64,000 nucleotides of DNA from Chrysomallon squamiferum (lineage: Eukaryota; Animalia; Mollusca). Of this stretch, positions 1 through 16,695 are shown one piece after another. Numbering within the stretch: position 1 is the first letter of the stretch; every line of letters begins with the position of its first letter. The position numbers and the translations under genes were made by a program. The stretch is taken from contig CM022669.1 in assembly GCA_012295275.1 (NCBI GenBank), positions 18,848,001-18,912,000 on the forward strand, given 5' to 3'. The notes under the pieces were generated by a model. That model was given only the letters and a program-made list of their open reading frames with translations, had not been told where the DNA came from and searched no databases.

Positions 1-3746
<3,746 letters not shown>

Positions 3747-3945
3747 TTTACAAGCAGTCTCAATTTGGACTCTTTAAATTCATATTTCTAATCATCAGTT
3801 ACACATTTTGTTTCGGCAGTACGTAACAAAAACATTCATTTGTGGGAATGATTTTTGAAATTAAATGAATCAAATATAAATACGAGATGTTTACTGTTTT
3901 GGTACTGCCACAAGATGTATATCTGCAGTTCAGATTTAACATGTT

Positions 3946-3951
3946 AATAAA
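3946..3951 (+). terminator. Candidate poly(A) signal of PSMC3
   Basis: AATAAA about 200 nt after the stop codon at 3746. AT-rich context lowers specificity. Confidence 0.5.
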
Positions 3952-4384
3952 ATTTATTAAAAATAATCATTTTTCCTGCCAGCTTTCTTGAAGAATCTTT
4001 ATTGAAAGATGGTGATTAGTATAGTAATAAAATGTCTCAGGACCCATTGTTGTTTGTTTTATTTTTATTTTATTTTTATTTTATTTTTTTTAAATATGAA
4101 AAATACCATGATGTGGTTTGTCTATAAAATTTTATTTTCTGAAAATAATAAAACAAAAAGAATATTTGAAAACAAATCCCTGAATTTAAACATTTGTTTT
4201 TCAAAATCCCATAAAATAAAATTTATTTCAATTAACATTACTGGAATATTTAACACAATACCGTGAAATTATACATATAATCGAAAATAAAACAAAATCT
4301 TTTGTTCCAATCTGAATTCAAATTATTTGTAATTTTTGTTAATTTTACATTTAAAAAAAATGTCATCATTACTCCAGCTATGGT

Positions 4385-7300
4385 TTACCCCAGATTTTCT
4401 GAGTGTTGATTGAAATGATTTCTAGAGAAGGCTGGGTGTAGACTTTTTATATCTGTAATGATTTTCTTACAAAGCTCGGACAGTTTGGTGTTTTTGTCAC
4501 ATGAAAAGAACACTGAAATAAATAAAACAACAAAACTGAGTGATGTGTTATCTGAATATTTACATCACTGTCAAGAAAACTAACGATCTAAAATACCAAC
4601 ATTTAACAAAACAATATAGTGATCTCTGACTTTACGTAAAAGTTTTTGTATGAATAACATGAACAGCAAAATCAATCTTTAATGCTCTACATCCAGAATA
4701 TTTCCCTTTCCAGACAACATCTCCAAATAGGATTATTAATTAGGTTTATCAATTAATAAATAATATTTGAATCCAAACAGTATATGAAAAAATATATGAA
4801 TTACGTTAACTTCATGTATTTTAAATTTTTTTTTTTTTGTATTGTTAAAAAACAAAAAAAAGCAATATATAAACACCTCTCACCCACCCCACAAAAAAAA
4901 AAAATATGTCTGCACAAAACCCAGTTGTATTTATGTAATGCTAACAGAAAAACATTTAAGAAAAATAAAATCCTCAAAACAGCACTTACCAATATCTTTT
5001 TGATGTTTGATGTCTTGTAGATTACTCAGATACATTGGCCAAACCACTTTGTCAAAGTACCCCGGAGGATCAGATGGATAGTATGTTCTTTTCCTTGAAA
5101 TAATAATAAAAAATCGGCTTTAAAATTACTATTAATATTCTGTCTCTTTCTTACCTTTCAGAACGCACAGCAAACATGTTTCATTTTAGTAACTTAATCA
5201 TCAAGAATCAATCTGATCCAAGTATAACGACATTCTTTTTTTTACATACTTATCAAGTAGGATGTTATATTTTATTATTATTAATTATGTTTTTACTTCA
5301 TTTCCTTTGAATTATTATTATTTTTTTCTTTCTTTGAATTGTATTTGGGTTTCATTTCTGCTTCAATCTTTTTATTTACAACAGAGATATATACATAAAA
5401 TAAATAAATTATATACATATATATAGGTAATATATAGTGTTGAAGGATTTTATAAATTATTTTTTAATATTGTGCAAATTAACTTAAATCAAAAGTAATG
5501 AACAACATCTAATAATAATGTCCATGTAAAATATTTCACCGACTTACTTTCTTCTTTCCCTGCATGTTTCAAAATCCAATGTCAAGAAGTATTTTTTGTC
5601 AAACATTGTGGAAAGTTCTCTGAAAATAGTTATTAATGAAAAAAACATATATGCTTAAAATATGCAATAAATACAATTGTCTGTTCAGCTGTTTGTTTGA
5701 AAAATTACAACAGAACTAAAACCAACACCAATCTATTGCTATCAGGTATTAATACTTTTAATAATAAAAGTTGTAATTTACTAAACTTGAAAAAAAAGAT
5801 AGGAGACATAATATATTAATATTCCACCATTTGTTATTATTGTTTATAAAATAGTAGGAAATACAGAAGCAATACTTAATTTTTTTTTAATAAAATGTTA
5901 GAATTACTTGTGATTAAAAATCAGTATGCCTTCAATGATGAGCAGACCAGGACAAGAGTTATTTCCCTTTTGTTGCTGTTTCTCTTTCCACAGTTGGATG
6001 TCTTCCATCATATGATCCATGTCCATAGCACTAAGTTCTGAGATAACATACAACCTATTATCTGTTATTTCACAACTTGACCACAGTGTCATAACCCATT
6101 TAGTATCATTTTTTTAATTATTATTATTGTATACCACAGATTACTTCAATTTAAATAGAATTAAAAAATAAAACATAATCAACACTTTTATTTTATGGTT
6201 TCAGTTTAAGTGTCCTCAGTATATTGTAATTATGGAACGAAAGACTGGAATAAAGAAGATTTAAATGTGCCTGTTATATTTTCAATAAGAATTAGATAAA
6301 GACAACACAAATGCAGAATTTAATTAAAACCCTAAACATATAAATAATAATAACTACAATAATAATATTTAAATGTGTCTTTCAGGAATAATTAAAATAT
6401 GAAAGTTTAACTGACAACAAGTAAGAAACAAATATAACACAGATGTATATCAGTTGTAACATCTGTTGTCTTGTACTGGATAAATTTGTACTAAACTGAA
6501 CACCATTCATGTAAATAAATTTAAAAAAAAAAGTTAATTAGTAACATATTCTAAAAACTTAAAATATATAATAATTTGTGTGTGTTTGTGTATGTATAAA
6601 ATGCACAGAGCTTTAATAGTTAAGAGCTGCAGACATTTAGTTTATTTCATGTTAATAAACAAATTTAGTCAAATTTATTTTAGTTAGTACTTAGTAATAG
6701 TTGAGTTATTAAACCTCAAAAAATTACATTGAAAAAACAGGTTTCAGTAAATGGCACTCTACTTCATTACTTGCAGTGACATTGTACACACTACTTACTT
6801 TCCCAATTGGCATGATTTACTTCTGGAACAAATTCCAAATTTTTATTTCCAGGTTCCTACAGATATATATATATATATATAAATGAAATACAAAGAAAAT
6901 AATAATATCCAAAATTAAAAATATTTAAATTTAACAGGATCTGGCCAGAACTGGAAATATTATTATTATTAATCAAATTAATAAGACAGACTAGGCACAG
7001 TCAGATATTTTCAGATTATTATTAATCAAGAGAACTGAATATATAATCATACTTCCTGTGTGTGTCACATTTGTCAAACAGCTAATCGAGTTGCTTCCAA
7101 GAGCCCTGGCAATTAGTTTTGTTATATTTTTCTTACTGTAATTTTGTTTTTAAAATAGGGATTTTAAAAATAAAGAATTACCAAGAAATATATATCTTGG
7201 CAAATATGTCTTGCTTCAGGAAACCCTGATGTTAACTGATCTGCTAGAGTTGATTTTCCACTATTTGTAGCACTGGAACAAATAAAATTTATGGAACACA

Positions 7301-7665
7301 ATTAATCATTTGAAATAATTGGGAGGCTTATTTCTTATATTATGTGGCTTATTATTGCTACTGCAATTTGTAGTTAATAATATAAAAGTCTAATGGTTTT
7401 TCAACTTTTTGTTAACGAAATACAAAATATTAAATTTTGATATTCATTGTAACATTAAATAAGTGTAAATTGAAATTATTTCTCTTTAAAAGATCAATGC
7501 TGATATTTAGAAGATATAACACACTAAAAATGTGAAATAGTAAAAATAGAACATTAGTCTAATGATTAGACTAGAAAACTCAATTCAGTTGATGTTGTAA
7601 ACATCTTAAAATTAAGCTGTTGGTGATACATACCCGCTAATTCCAATTATGTAATACCCAGCCAT
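4385..7665 (-). CDS. NMRK1: Nicotinamide riboside kinase (NMRK1/2-like), 204 aa; complement(join(4385..4512,4990..5093,5548..5619,5908..6037,6799..6856,7182..7272,7634..7665))
   Basis: Seven exons total 615 nt and stay in frame: MAGYYIIGISG-ATNSGKSTLA (P-loop), HICQDIYF, ANWEKLSAMDMDHM, LLIIEGILIFNH, FDKKYFLTLDFETCRERRKKRTYYPSDPPGYFDKVVWPMY. These are recognisable NRK motifs. All introns are GT-AG; the exon 6 acceptor is AAG. Confidence 0.93.
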
Positions 7666-7707
7666 TAAAAGCAAACAAATAAAAAATATGTACTGTTTTA
7701 AAAATAA

Positions 7708-7989
7708 TCAAGAATCGGCGTTATCGTGATTTTCTTCGCCGTCCGGGATTCCTCTCTCACAATTTTCAGGCACAAAAGGAAAAGGATTATCTCCCTTGTT
7801 CAAACGATCAAGTAAAGAAGTTAATAACAATTTGTTTAAATGATCAGTCTGCGTTAATTGTCGTTCAGCTGGTTCTTCTGGTAATTTTTCAGAACTCTGG
7901 TCAAGATTTAATTCATTTACTTTCTTTTCAACACCTACGGCGTTATTGTTTTTGTTTTCTGTTGACGGCGTCTGACTCTTTTCCGCCAT
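7708..7989 (-). CDS. Intronless 93-aa small protein, upstream ORF or first cistron ahead of NMRK
   Basis: Strong start context (aatATGG), non-repetitive coding-like composition, and an amphipathic core RQLTQTDHLNKLLLTSLLDRLN between acidic, disordered flanks. The stop is 42 nt before the NMRK ATG on the same strand. Confidence 0.7.
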   Translation of the reverse strand: MAEKSQTPSTENKNNNAVGVEKKVNELNLDQSSEKLPEEPAERQLTQTDHLNKLLLTSLLDRLNKGDNPFPFVPENCERGIPDGEENHDNADS

Positions 7990-8379
7990 ATTACATCTGT
8001 TATAAGTATTTCTTCACAAAATTATTGTCGCACCAACTTTTAAAGTATCTCAGAAACCCCTAGTCTTCTTCTTCTTCTTCTTCTTCTTATTATTATTATT
8101 AGTATTGGTATTGTGGTTGTTGTTGTTATTGTTGCCATACTCTTTTCATAAACTAATTCAAAATAAATAAATAAATAAATAAATAAAAAATAACAAATTT
8201 GGTTATATATTAATAATATAACAATAAATCAATCGCCCTACAAGGTAAACAAGTGGATTCAAAGGTTAAGCTTCCGAGGCTAGATATGACAAAAGTTCCC
8301 TTAGTTTCATTGTACCCAGTCAGCATTTGCCCAGTCCAGTCATTGTTCCACGTTCAAATAATATGATACGTATTTTCCT

Positions 8380-8423
<44 letters not shown>

Positions 8424-8517
8424 TTTGTTTGTTTTTGTTTGTTTAACTTTTTTATTTAATGATATATTCGATTTTATCTTTTCTTTTTTCATATTTTCAG
8501 TTTACTTTTTATGTGTA

Positions 8518-8571
<54 letters not shown>

Positions 8572-9247
8572 CATTAATTTTTTGTTCTAGATTTTTTTTC
8601 TCTGCCTTCCTCTTGTTTTTTAATTTATATTTTTGTTTGGTTGTTTATTTATTTGTCACTTATGGTTATTCTTACTGCTAATGTCCTTTTTAATTTTTAA
8701 TTATGTTTTGATTGAAATTTTATTTATTTATTTGTGGTATAATTTATGTATTTACGTGGTGTTAAATAATATTTCTTTACTTTTGTTTACGTATTTAGAT
8801 GTGGTATGGTTTAAAAATGCTTCATATTTTCAGCTCCCTTTTTCTTGTTTGTTATTAAAAACTGCCGTTAGCACCTAGACAAATACTTTATCCAGTAATG
8901 ATAAAAAGTATAACGTTCCTTTGAAATCTCTTTATTCTTGCCAGGAAATGTAATCCGACACGCGCCATTATGTCAACAGGTGTTCACGAACGATAACCCC
9001 GATGTGTTTTGGTCTAAATATTACACATATAAAAGGTCACAAGTTACATACAATCCGTGCACGTTTAGTTCTTCAAAGTAGAATTTTAACTTTTTAATTT
9101 TAAAATATAAATATCATATCAGATTTCAAGAAACTGAGACGATTAATGCACTATTAAGTAGAAAAGCAGTGAATAATTTGGAATACTACATACCTTTTTC
9201 TGGATTTTTTTTTTTTTTTTTTTCATGTGTATTTTAGTATTAAATAT

Positions 9248-9278
<31 letters not shown>

Positions 9279-9727
9279 TTTTGTACAATCCATATATATT
9301 TTGTTTCATTTTCTTTTTTATAACAAAAATTTCATATTTATTTTTACAAAATCTATCTGTCTATATGTCTGTCTCTCTATATTTTTGTCTGTCTGTCTAC
9401 ATGCCTAGCTATCTATCCATTTACCTCTATACATCAAACTATATCTATCCACCTATCTCGCATAAACAAAATAATTACCTCATACGTTTCAAAGACAGAT
9501 AGGAATCAAATAAGTCGCTGTATGTGTGTTATTCCGAAATAAATAATAAGTCTTAAAAAAAAACATAAAACAACAACAACAAAAAGGGTAATACTTTTTA
9601 CCCTTTGTTTATACAAAATTAACGACGTTTTACACATTTTCACTGTTTTTCTGTGATGTTGCTCACTGGTTTTGGTTCCAGTCCATGTGTGCCGCATTTT
9701 TTGAGAATAGCCCAGTATATGCCTGTG

Positions 9728-9781
<54 letters not shown>

Positions 9782-9987
9782 TAAATAAATAAATAAAAAG
9801 TTAAAATAAGTGTTGGTTCAATATTAATAATTATTATTATTATTATATTACTATGTCAAAATAACTTGACGAGAAAAAAAACAAACAAAAAAACAACAAC
9901 AAAACAAATAAATAAATAAATAAACACAAAATTAAAAAATATCCACATAATAAAATTATGTATACCGTGTGAACTGAAAACAAAAGC

Positions 9988-10095
<108 letters not shown>

Positions 10096-10486
10096 GGATA
10101 TATAATGCTTAGCACGTGTGGTTCAAGGGGAAAAATAGTAGTTTTAGGTATCAGAGAAAAATAAAGAGGAAAGGCTTAACGTCATGCAAAAAGAAACAAA
10201 TGTTAAATGCGCGAGTAAAAGAAAGGAATGTACTTACAATAAACAACGGGCGTAAAACAAAACGACAACAAAATAAACACGAACAGTGCAAAACTCAGCG
10301 TAGGATGGAATTCAAAACTGAAATAATAATAAATAAATAAATAAATATAAAAGGAGTACCAGAATAATATTTCTAAAAATGATTTACAAATAAATAAATA
10401 AATAAATAAATAACAGTAACGCAGTAAATAAAATAAATAAATATATAACTGTTTCAATAAAACCGGGGTAACTTGCGCTTTTTACG

Positions 10487-10763
10487 TCATAAAGCTATTA
10501 CGTCACAATCGCTTAAGATTGAATTAATGGCGGACACAGAAATATTTCTGTGTTCTGCAAATAATGAAAATTTTGAGAGTTTGTAGTGTGTAGTTTGTTT
10601 TCCTGTAATTATCCCAGTAAGAAGATCAAATACGGAATAGGATACCGAAAGCATGGTGGAATTTTCATAACAAAAGAAGTCAAATTTTAAATTTCTTTGG
10701 CAAGGTAAGACAATCTTGAGGTACATTTTATTTTTACAGAAATATCAGCAATAACAATTTGTT

Positions 10764-10809
<46 letters not shown>

Positions 10810-11102
10810 CAACAACAACAACAACAACAATTACAATGATTTCTTATTATGGTTCATAGTTTTTCTTATTATTGTTGTTGTCATTGTTATTACTTATTAA
10901 CAAGCTTTTGCTCGCTCTCTCTCTATCTCTGTCGCTCTCTCTCTCTGCCTCTCTCTCTTTCACACACACACACACACACACACACTTACGCACAAACACT
11001 CACTCTTTCTGCTTCACTATACCTTTGTTCTGCCATTCCCATTTGGTATGACATCAACGGCGTCCAGCAAACCAAAAATATTATTCCTGATAAAAAAAAT
11101 AA

Positions 11103-11138
<36 letters not shown>

Positions 11139-12942
11139 TACACTATATAATTTTTTCCGTTATTGTTTCTAGGTGATAAGGGATAATTCAAATGCTTTAT
11201 CATACAGTTAATAATAAACAGCACAAGTTAAAATAATCATCTTGAAAGAAATGAAAACAACAGTGTACCTAGCGCGATCGACACGTAAAGTTCCAGTAGC
11301 CAAACCCGCCTGTCCCCGGTTATGTTTGTGTTTCCTTCAGGTTTCTCAGCTACAGGCGGGCCTGAAAAAATAATATAACAGTCAATAAATAATCATAGTG
11401 ATAAATATATTTACATGAATGTGTGTATATATGTGCGTAAATGCCTGTGTGTGTGAGTGCGTGCGAGCATGCGTCTGTGTGTTCGTGTATGCGTGCATGC
11501 ATGTGTGTGAGTGCGTGCGAGCATGCGTCTGTGTGTTCGTGTATGCGTGCATGCATGTGAATGAGTGCGTGCGAGAAAGAGTCTGTGTGTTCGTGTGTGC
11601 GTATCTTTCCAGAGAGGAGCAGATCTTTTTTTTTTAACTTCGCCAGCTAGTGCCAATTAAATTTACTTACTTCTCCTGGCTGTCCACATGGCTACAGCGA
11701 TTCCATTGCCAACGATAACGCAAACAGCAGGGAGAAAGTAGAGCACTGACGTAAGGGTCCAGGCAAACTGTCTTCTGTCAGTCTGAGTGTGTAAAGCGTT
11801 GTACGGGCCACATATCTTAAGTCCCGTGTCAGACGGAATCGTTACCACGCTGTAGATGTATGGCTGGCCACATTAAAAATGAAAAAAAAAAACCCCAAAA
11901 GAAAGCATATAAATTAAATATCTCTCTGTTACCTGCGTACAGGTCTTCATACATGCATGAATGCACGCACGCAGGGTTAGTACACATACGCACTATACAT
12001 ACACAGATAAACAGACAGAAAGATAGAGAAAGAATTAACAAACAGATGATAACTGCTATTTATTAGTTTCTGTTTTGCAGTTCTTTTAATTTTGTTTTTT
12101 TCCTTATTGTTATGTGTATGAATATATATTATGTATCTATGTATACGTGTCTATAATGATATATGTAATATGTGTATGTGTGTGTGTATACATAAACATA
12201 CATACCGATATACATCATAAGTCAGAGATAAACATACACAGATGCATGCATATAATTGTACGTATACGCATACATGTTTATCTCTGACTTGTGATGTATA
12301 TCAGTATGTGTTTTTATGTATATGAATATGTAAGTATCTATATATCTATGTATGTAATTATCATTTATATATATATATATATACAGTTATTATTACTAAA
12401 TATACATTAAATTATTAATAATATGTATATATATATTCGTGCGTCGAACTCACTGTGCTCATTACACTGGCACGAAGCCTAACAGCTGTATACACATGAT
12501 TTTATAAATGGTTTAACTTGCGAGTACTCACAAAAGGGCTAGAAGCAAGCACTGACAGAAGCCACGCAATAACCTGCAGGACGTTTCTTCTCCTTCTTCC
12601 CTCACTCTTCGTGATTATCCCGACCGCGCCGTCCACGCCGAACGCCGCCACGGTGTTGTTGGCGAGAAAGGAGCCGAGGTACAAGCAGAACGCGACGGTT
12701 TTGCAGACGACGTCGTTCGTCGCCCACCATTCCGTGGCGTTCCAGGCGACGGAGATGCCGATGTTGAGAAACAAGGCCACGATGTTGGCAATGCTGAGAT
12801 GGAGAAAGTAAAAATGGCCGCGTTGTCCCGGTTTCCATATCTTCTTGAGCGAGTAAAGGACAGTGGCGTTTGCAGTCACTCCAGTGAAGAAGATGCAGCT
12901 GTACACTATGACAAGAAGTTGGTTGATATTTTCCATAGACAT
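10487..12942 (-). CDS. Highly diverged GnRH/AKH/corazonin-receptor-family class A GPCR, about 322 aa; complement(join(10487..10694,11023..11086,11269..11361,11671..11863,12532..12942))
   Basis: Exon 1 covers TM1-4 (VIVYSCIFFTGVTANATV, FLHLSIANIV, WNATEWWATNDVVCK, IAWLLSVLASSPF|GTGAGT), with the same intron position as ASIPQ|GT in the receptor at 61774. Exon 2 has the ECL2 Cys and TM5 LYFLP; exon 4 has TM6 FLVCWTP. Phases 0,1,1,2 are compatible. The last exon (AAG acceptor, TM7-like LSVSYSVFDLLTGII) and the start codon are less certain. Confidence 0.8.
11445..11600. repeat. 54-bp tandem repeat, about 3 copies, in GPCR intron 2
   Basis: Unit gtgtgtgagtgcgtgcgagcatgcgtctgtgtgttcgtgtatgcgtgcatgcat; it appears as an 18-aa repeat in the ORF track. 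Confidence 0.9.
12187..12322. repeat. Short inverted repeat (hairpin) in GPCR intron 1
   Basis: Arm cataccgatatacatcataagtcagagataaacat (ending 12235) pairs with atgtttatctctgacttgtgatgtatatcagtatg (starting 12274). Confidence 0.9.
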
Positions 12943-13562
12943 TCTCTGGGGTTTTCGTTTCCAATCCCTTTTCACTCTACGTTTTCTTCTGAGTTTTAAT
13001 TATTATTTTTTTTTTTTTCAGATATCGTTTCCTTTACAGAGCCCTCTTTTCTTTTTTTTTTTTTTTTTTTTTTTTGGTTTTTTTATTATTATTTTTTTTT
13101 TTTCACTTAATCTACGAATTAGTTAAATATATTTTACACTTTATTCGGGGACATTGTACTTGTAAATGAAATCTCAAAACTGATACGTATCTGCTCCATA
13201 CAGTAATTTTGTATTTAATTGCATTGACATTTGCGTCACGCTGTGCAAATGCATATCATAATAAAGTTATTACACGTTCATTCCATTGTTTATGCATCTT
13301 CGTTCTCGCTGTCAATTACGAAAGAATGTACAAACAGGTCATTACAGATTATTTTTGTTAATTAGAGTAATCTGGTTATGTTTCCAGTTTGTCCAGTTGT
13401 GCTGTTATTATTATATCATTCACTTGTAATTTAACCAATGTTTTTTATGAATGTTCAGTACTGTTATACGTAGATTAGATATGAATGTCTTTAACAAAAT
13501 CAAATACATTTCTTCTTCTTTGTTTTATAACCAAATGTAATTTCTCTTTCTCTCTCCCTATG

Positions 13563-13715
<153 letters not shown>

Positions 13716-14919
13716 CTCTCTCTCGCACTCTGTCTCTTTCTATGTCATTGAATCTCTCTACCCACATAAATCTAGACAGACAGACGAAGCCTTATGATAT
13801 CGATACAAGATCTAAATTTAAAAGTCCCTCGATATTTATGTACTACAATTTTTTTCTTTTTCTTTCTTTCTTTTTTCATTTAAAAAAAAAAATGACTTTT
13901 ACTGATTATTTTTTCTCAGCATAATATTAAATCATTGTCTTTGTTACACATACTTAGGAAATTACACTGTGCAAAGGTGGCTAAGAATTACGCTTTGACG
14001 AGCAAAAGCAAGATAAGGTAGATAATAGACTCGTTTATTAAGACACACAAATTTCGTGATAGGTCAAAGATTTCTTGAAATAACGTTAGTGAAAGAAATC
14101 CTGTTTGGTATCGTACAGTTTGTATTGTTGTATTGTGTGAGATCTTTCTGATCTGCCAGACTTTTATATTTGTATGTGGTTTAAACAACAACAACAACAG
14201 TAATAATAATAATGATAACGATAATGATGATGATGATGATCCTAACAGCAACTAGAACAACAATATCAAGTCAATAATAATAATAATAACAACAATAATA
14301 GCAATAACAAAACATTATCATCATCGCCAGTAATAATAATAATAATAATAATAATATGATGATGATGATTAGAATGTTGATGATGATATCGATGAATGAT
14401 GATAATGAACAACGAAGCCAGTTATGTTGAAGCTGCTGCTGACGATGATAACTATGACGACGTCTATTAATATGATGATGATGAGAAAAATATAAACACC
14501 TGTAATTTTTTATTCTCTCTTGTTTTCTTTGTACCAACTTTTATAATCCATTTTAATTTGCCCAATTCAGTTAAAATTTGTCGCCGCAAATGATCATATG
14601 AATAACATCTGTTTCTTTTTGGGGGGGGAAGTTGGAAATGATGTTTTCCTTATCGTTTCTATCGTCAAACAGTCATTCATTCGTTTATGATGTTCAAAAA
14701 GTACTAGGTTTTTATTTTACTGCGCTGAAATTACAACTAATTATAGAATATTTTTCGCGTAATTTGTCTTTATTTCTTTATTTTTTAAATTTAGAAAAAA
14801 TAAAAATCACAAACCAGTTTATAGAAGTACTTGCTATGCTCTTTGCTGTTTATAGAAAAGATACATGTAAAGAATCCCTTTCTATTAATAAGACTATATA
14901 AATTCACCATCGATTTCCC

Positions 14920-15027
<108 letters not shown>

Positions 15028-15817
15028 CCATCAATATCAATGAAGCAGATAACCAATATCGTATAACTGATAAAAATTAAAATATATCGATACTTGATTA
15101 TACACATAATTACATTTACCCTAAGATAAATTCACTTGGAACTGAACTTGATACGGTCTTCTACCCAGAATTAACGTGAACGTATAACAACATTACAGTC
15201 GCTACCTGGCAGTGCTCTGATCAACACACAAGCTTCTCAACACGGTTGTCCGCTACAAACAATACTGATTCCTTTATACGCACATTTCAGCCTTATGCAC
15301 ATTCACTGGCTGAATGATACCAGTGACCTCTCGTTTCACATTTAACATTTATTGAACATTTAAAAGACGCTGATTAAATAATTGGGTTGGGGTGTCAACT
15401 GAACAAACAAACCTTTCCTCTCTCTGCAGTACCGCGATTCATTCAATTATTACTCTTCTCGGTCAGGACCGATAAAAGAATGTACAGTTTCGAAAATTCA
15501 TTTCGCCTGTGATCGATATTACAGTTATTGGATTTCCGGCTCTCGTATAATTTAGTTATGGTTCTTTAGCACAGCATAAAAGAAACAAATAACATGTTTT
15601 GTGTGTCCGAGTTGAAAAAAAAAAAAAAAAAAGGAAAAAAAAAAAGATACGTAACTTTAATGCGATGTGTATAATGATCTTAGTTCCGGACTGAGTCGGA
15701 CGAAATCTAGATAGATTGTTGTTGTGTGGTTTGAAGTAGCCGAGAGTTTTATTTGATGAATGTGGTTTGAGTAAAAAGTGACAGTATCTTCTGGTTTAGT
15801 GTCTGACTGTTTATCAG

Positions 15818-15915
<98 letters not shown>

Positions 15916-16395
15916 AGTCTGTCTGTCTCCGTGTTTCTATCTTTCTGTCACTCTTTCTCCGCCTGACTCTGGATTTCTGTCTCGCTCTATTTGTAGTTTT
16001 ATTTCTCTTTGCATGTGTCTCTCTGCATGTCTCTGTATCTGTCTTCCACTAATTCTACACATTTAAATATTAGAAATTGAAATTACTTCCCCAGAGTCAA
16101 CGGATCTGTTTATTCCATCCAAACAGATTTGTTTAAAGCGTTGACTTGTAACAAAATTATTACACCGCGCTTTACTGTTAAAAACAATTCCGCAGCGATA
16201 TCACCATTCATTATTTCAATGTTATTATTTTAATTCACATCAACTGTCGTCCTTGAACAAATTGTAACGAAGTCAAAGAAAATGATGTCGTGTAAGGCTT
16301 CAAAACAGCAACAACGTTACAAACCGAAAATTATCGAAAGTCTGTCAACAGCCACTTATTTTATTGTGTCTAGACTGCATCTGTACTCTTGGCGA

Positions 16396-16403
16396 TGACG
16401 TCA
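16396..16403. promoter_or_regulatory. Full CRE palindrome about 3.5 kb upstream of the diverged GPCR
   Basis: TGACGTCA within a unique CpG-containing island; function not demonstrated. Confidence 0.3.
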
Positions 16404-16659
16404 ACAACATCATCTTTGCTTTAGTGACTACGTCGTCAAAGATTAAAACAGATGCTGAATTGACGAAGTTTATTTTTAAAATCAAAGCCTGAGTTAAACA
16501 CTCCAGTGATAATTGCCAATTACGCCATGAAAAAAATAATATTATAAAATAAGCAAGCAAAATACACATCCGTAAATATGTCATAACGTGGAGAAAATAC
16601 GTATTTGTCTGAACTGTCTTCCGACTCGAAACCCTTGCGATGCTGTATAAAAATGGACA

Positions 16660-16695
<36 letters not shown>

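Noticed and set aside
9640-9722. Possible extra 3' exon of the diverged GPCR (minus-strand cacag| acceptor at about 9722)
   Set aside because: No recognisable receptor motif and no clearly matching donor; left out of the model.
12943-12975. N-terminal extension MKRDWKRKPQR of the diverged GPCR in the ORF track
   Set aside because: It starts at GTG; the first in-frame ATG is 12942. An upstream exon spliced to the ctcag acceptor near 12990 cannot be excluded.
12518-12999. Overlapping antisense and alternative-frame ORFs on GPCR exon 1, and similarly at 61247-61801
   Set aside because: Shadow ORFs caused by the GC-rich codon usage of the real exons.
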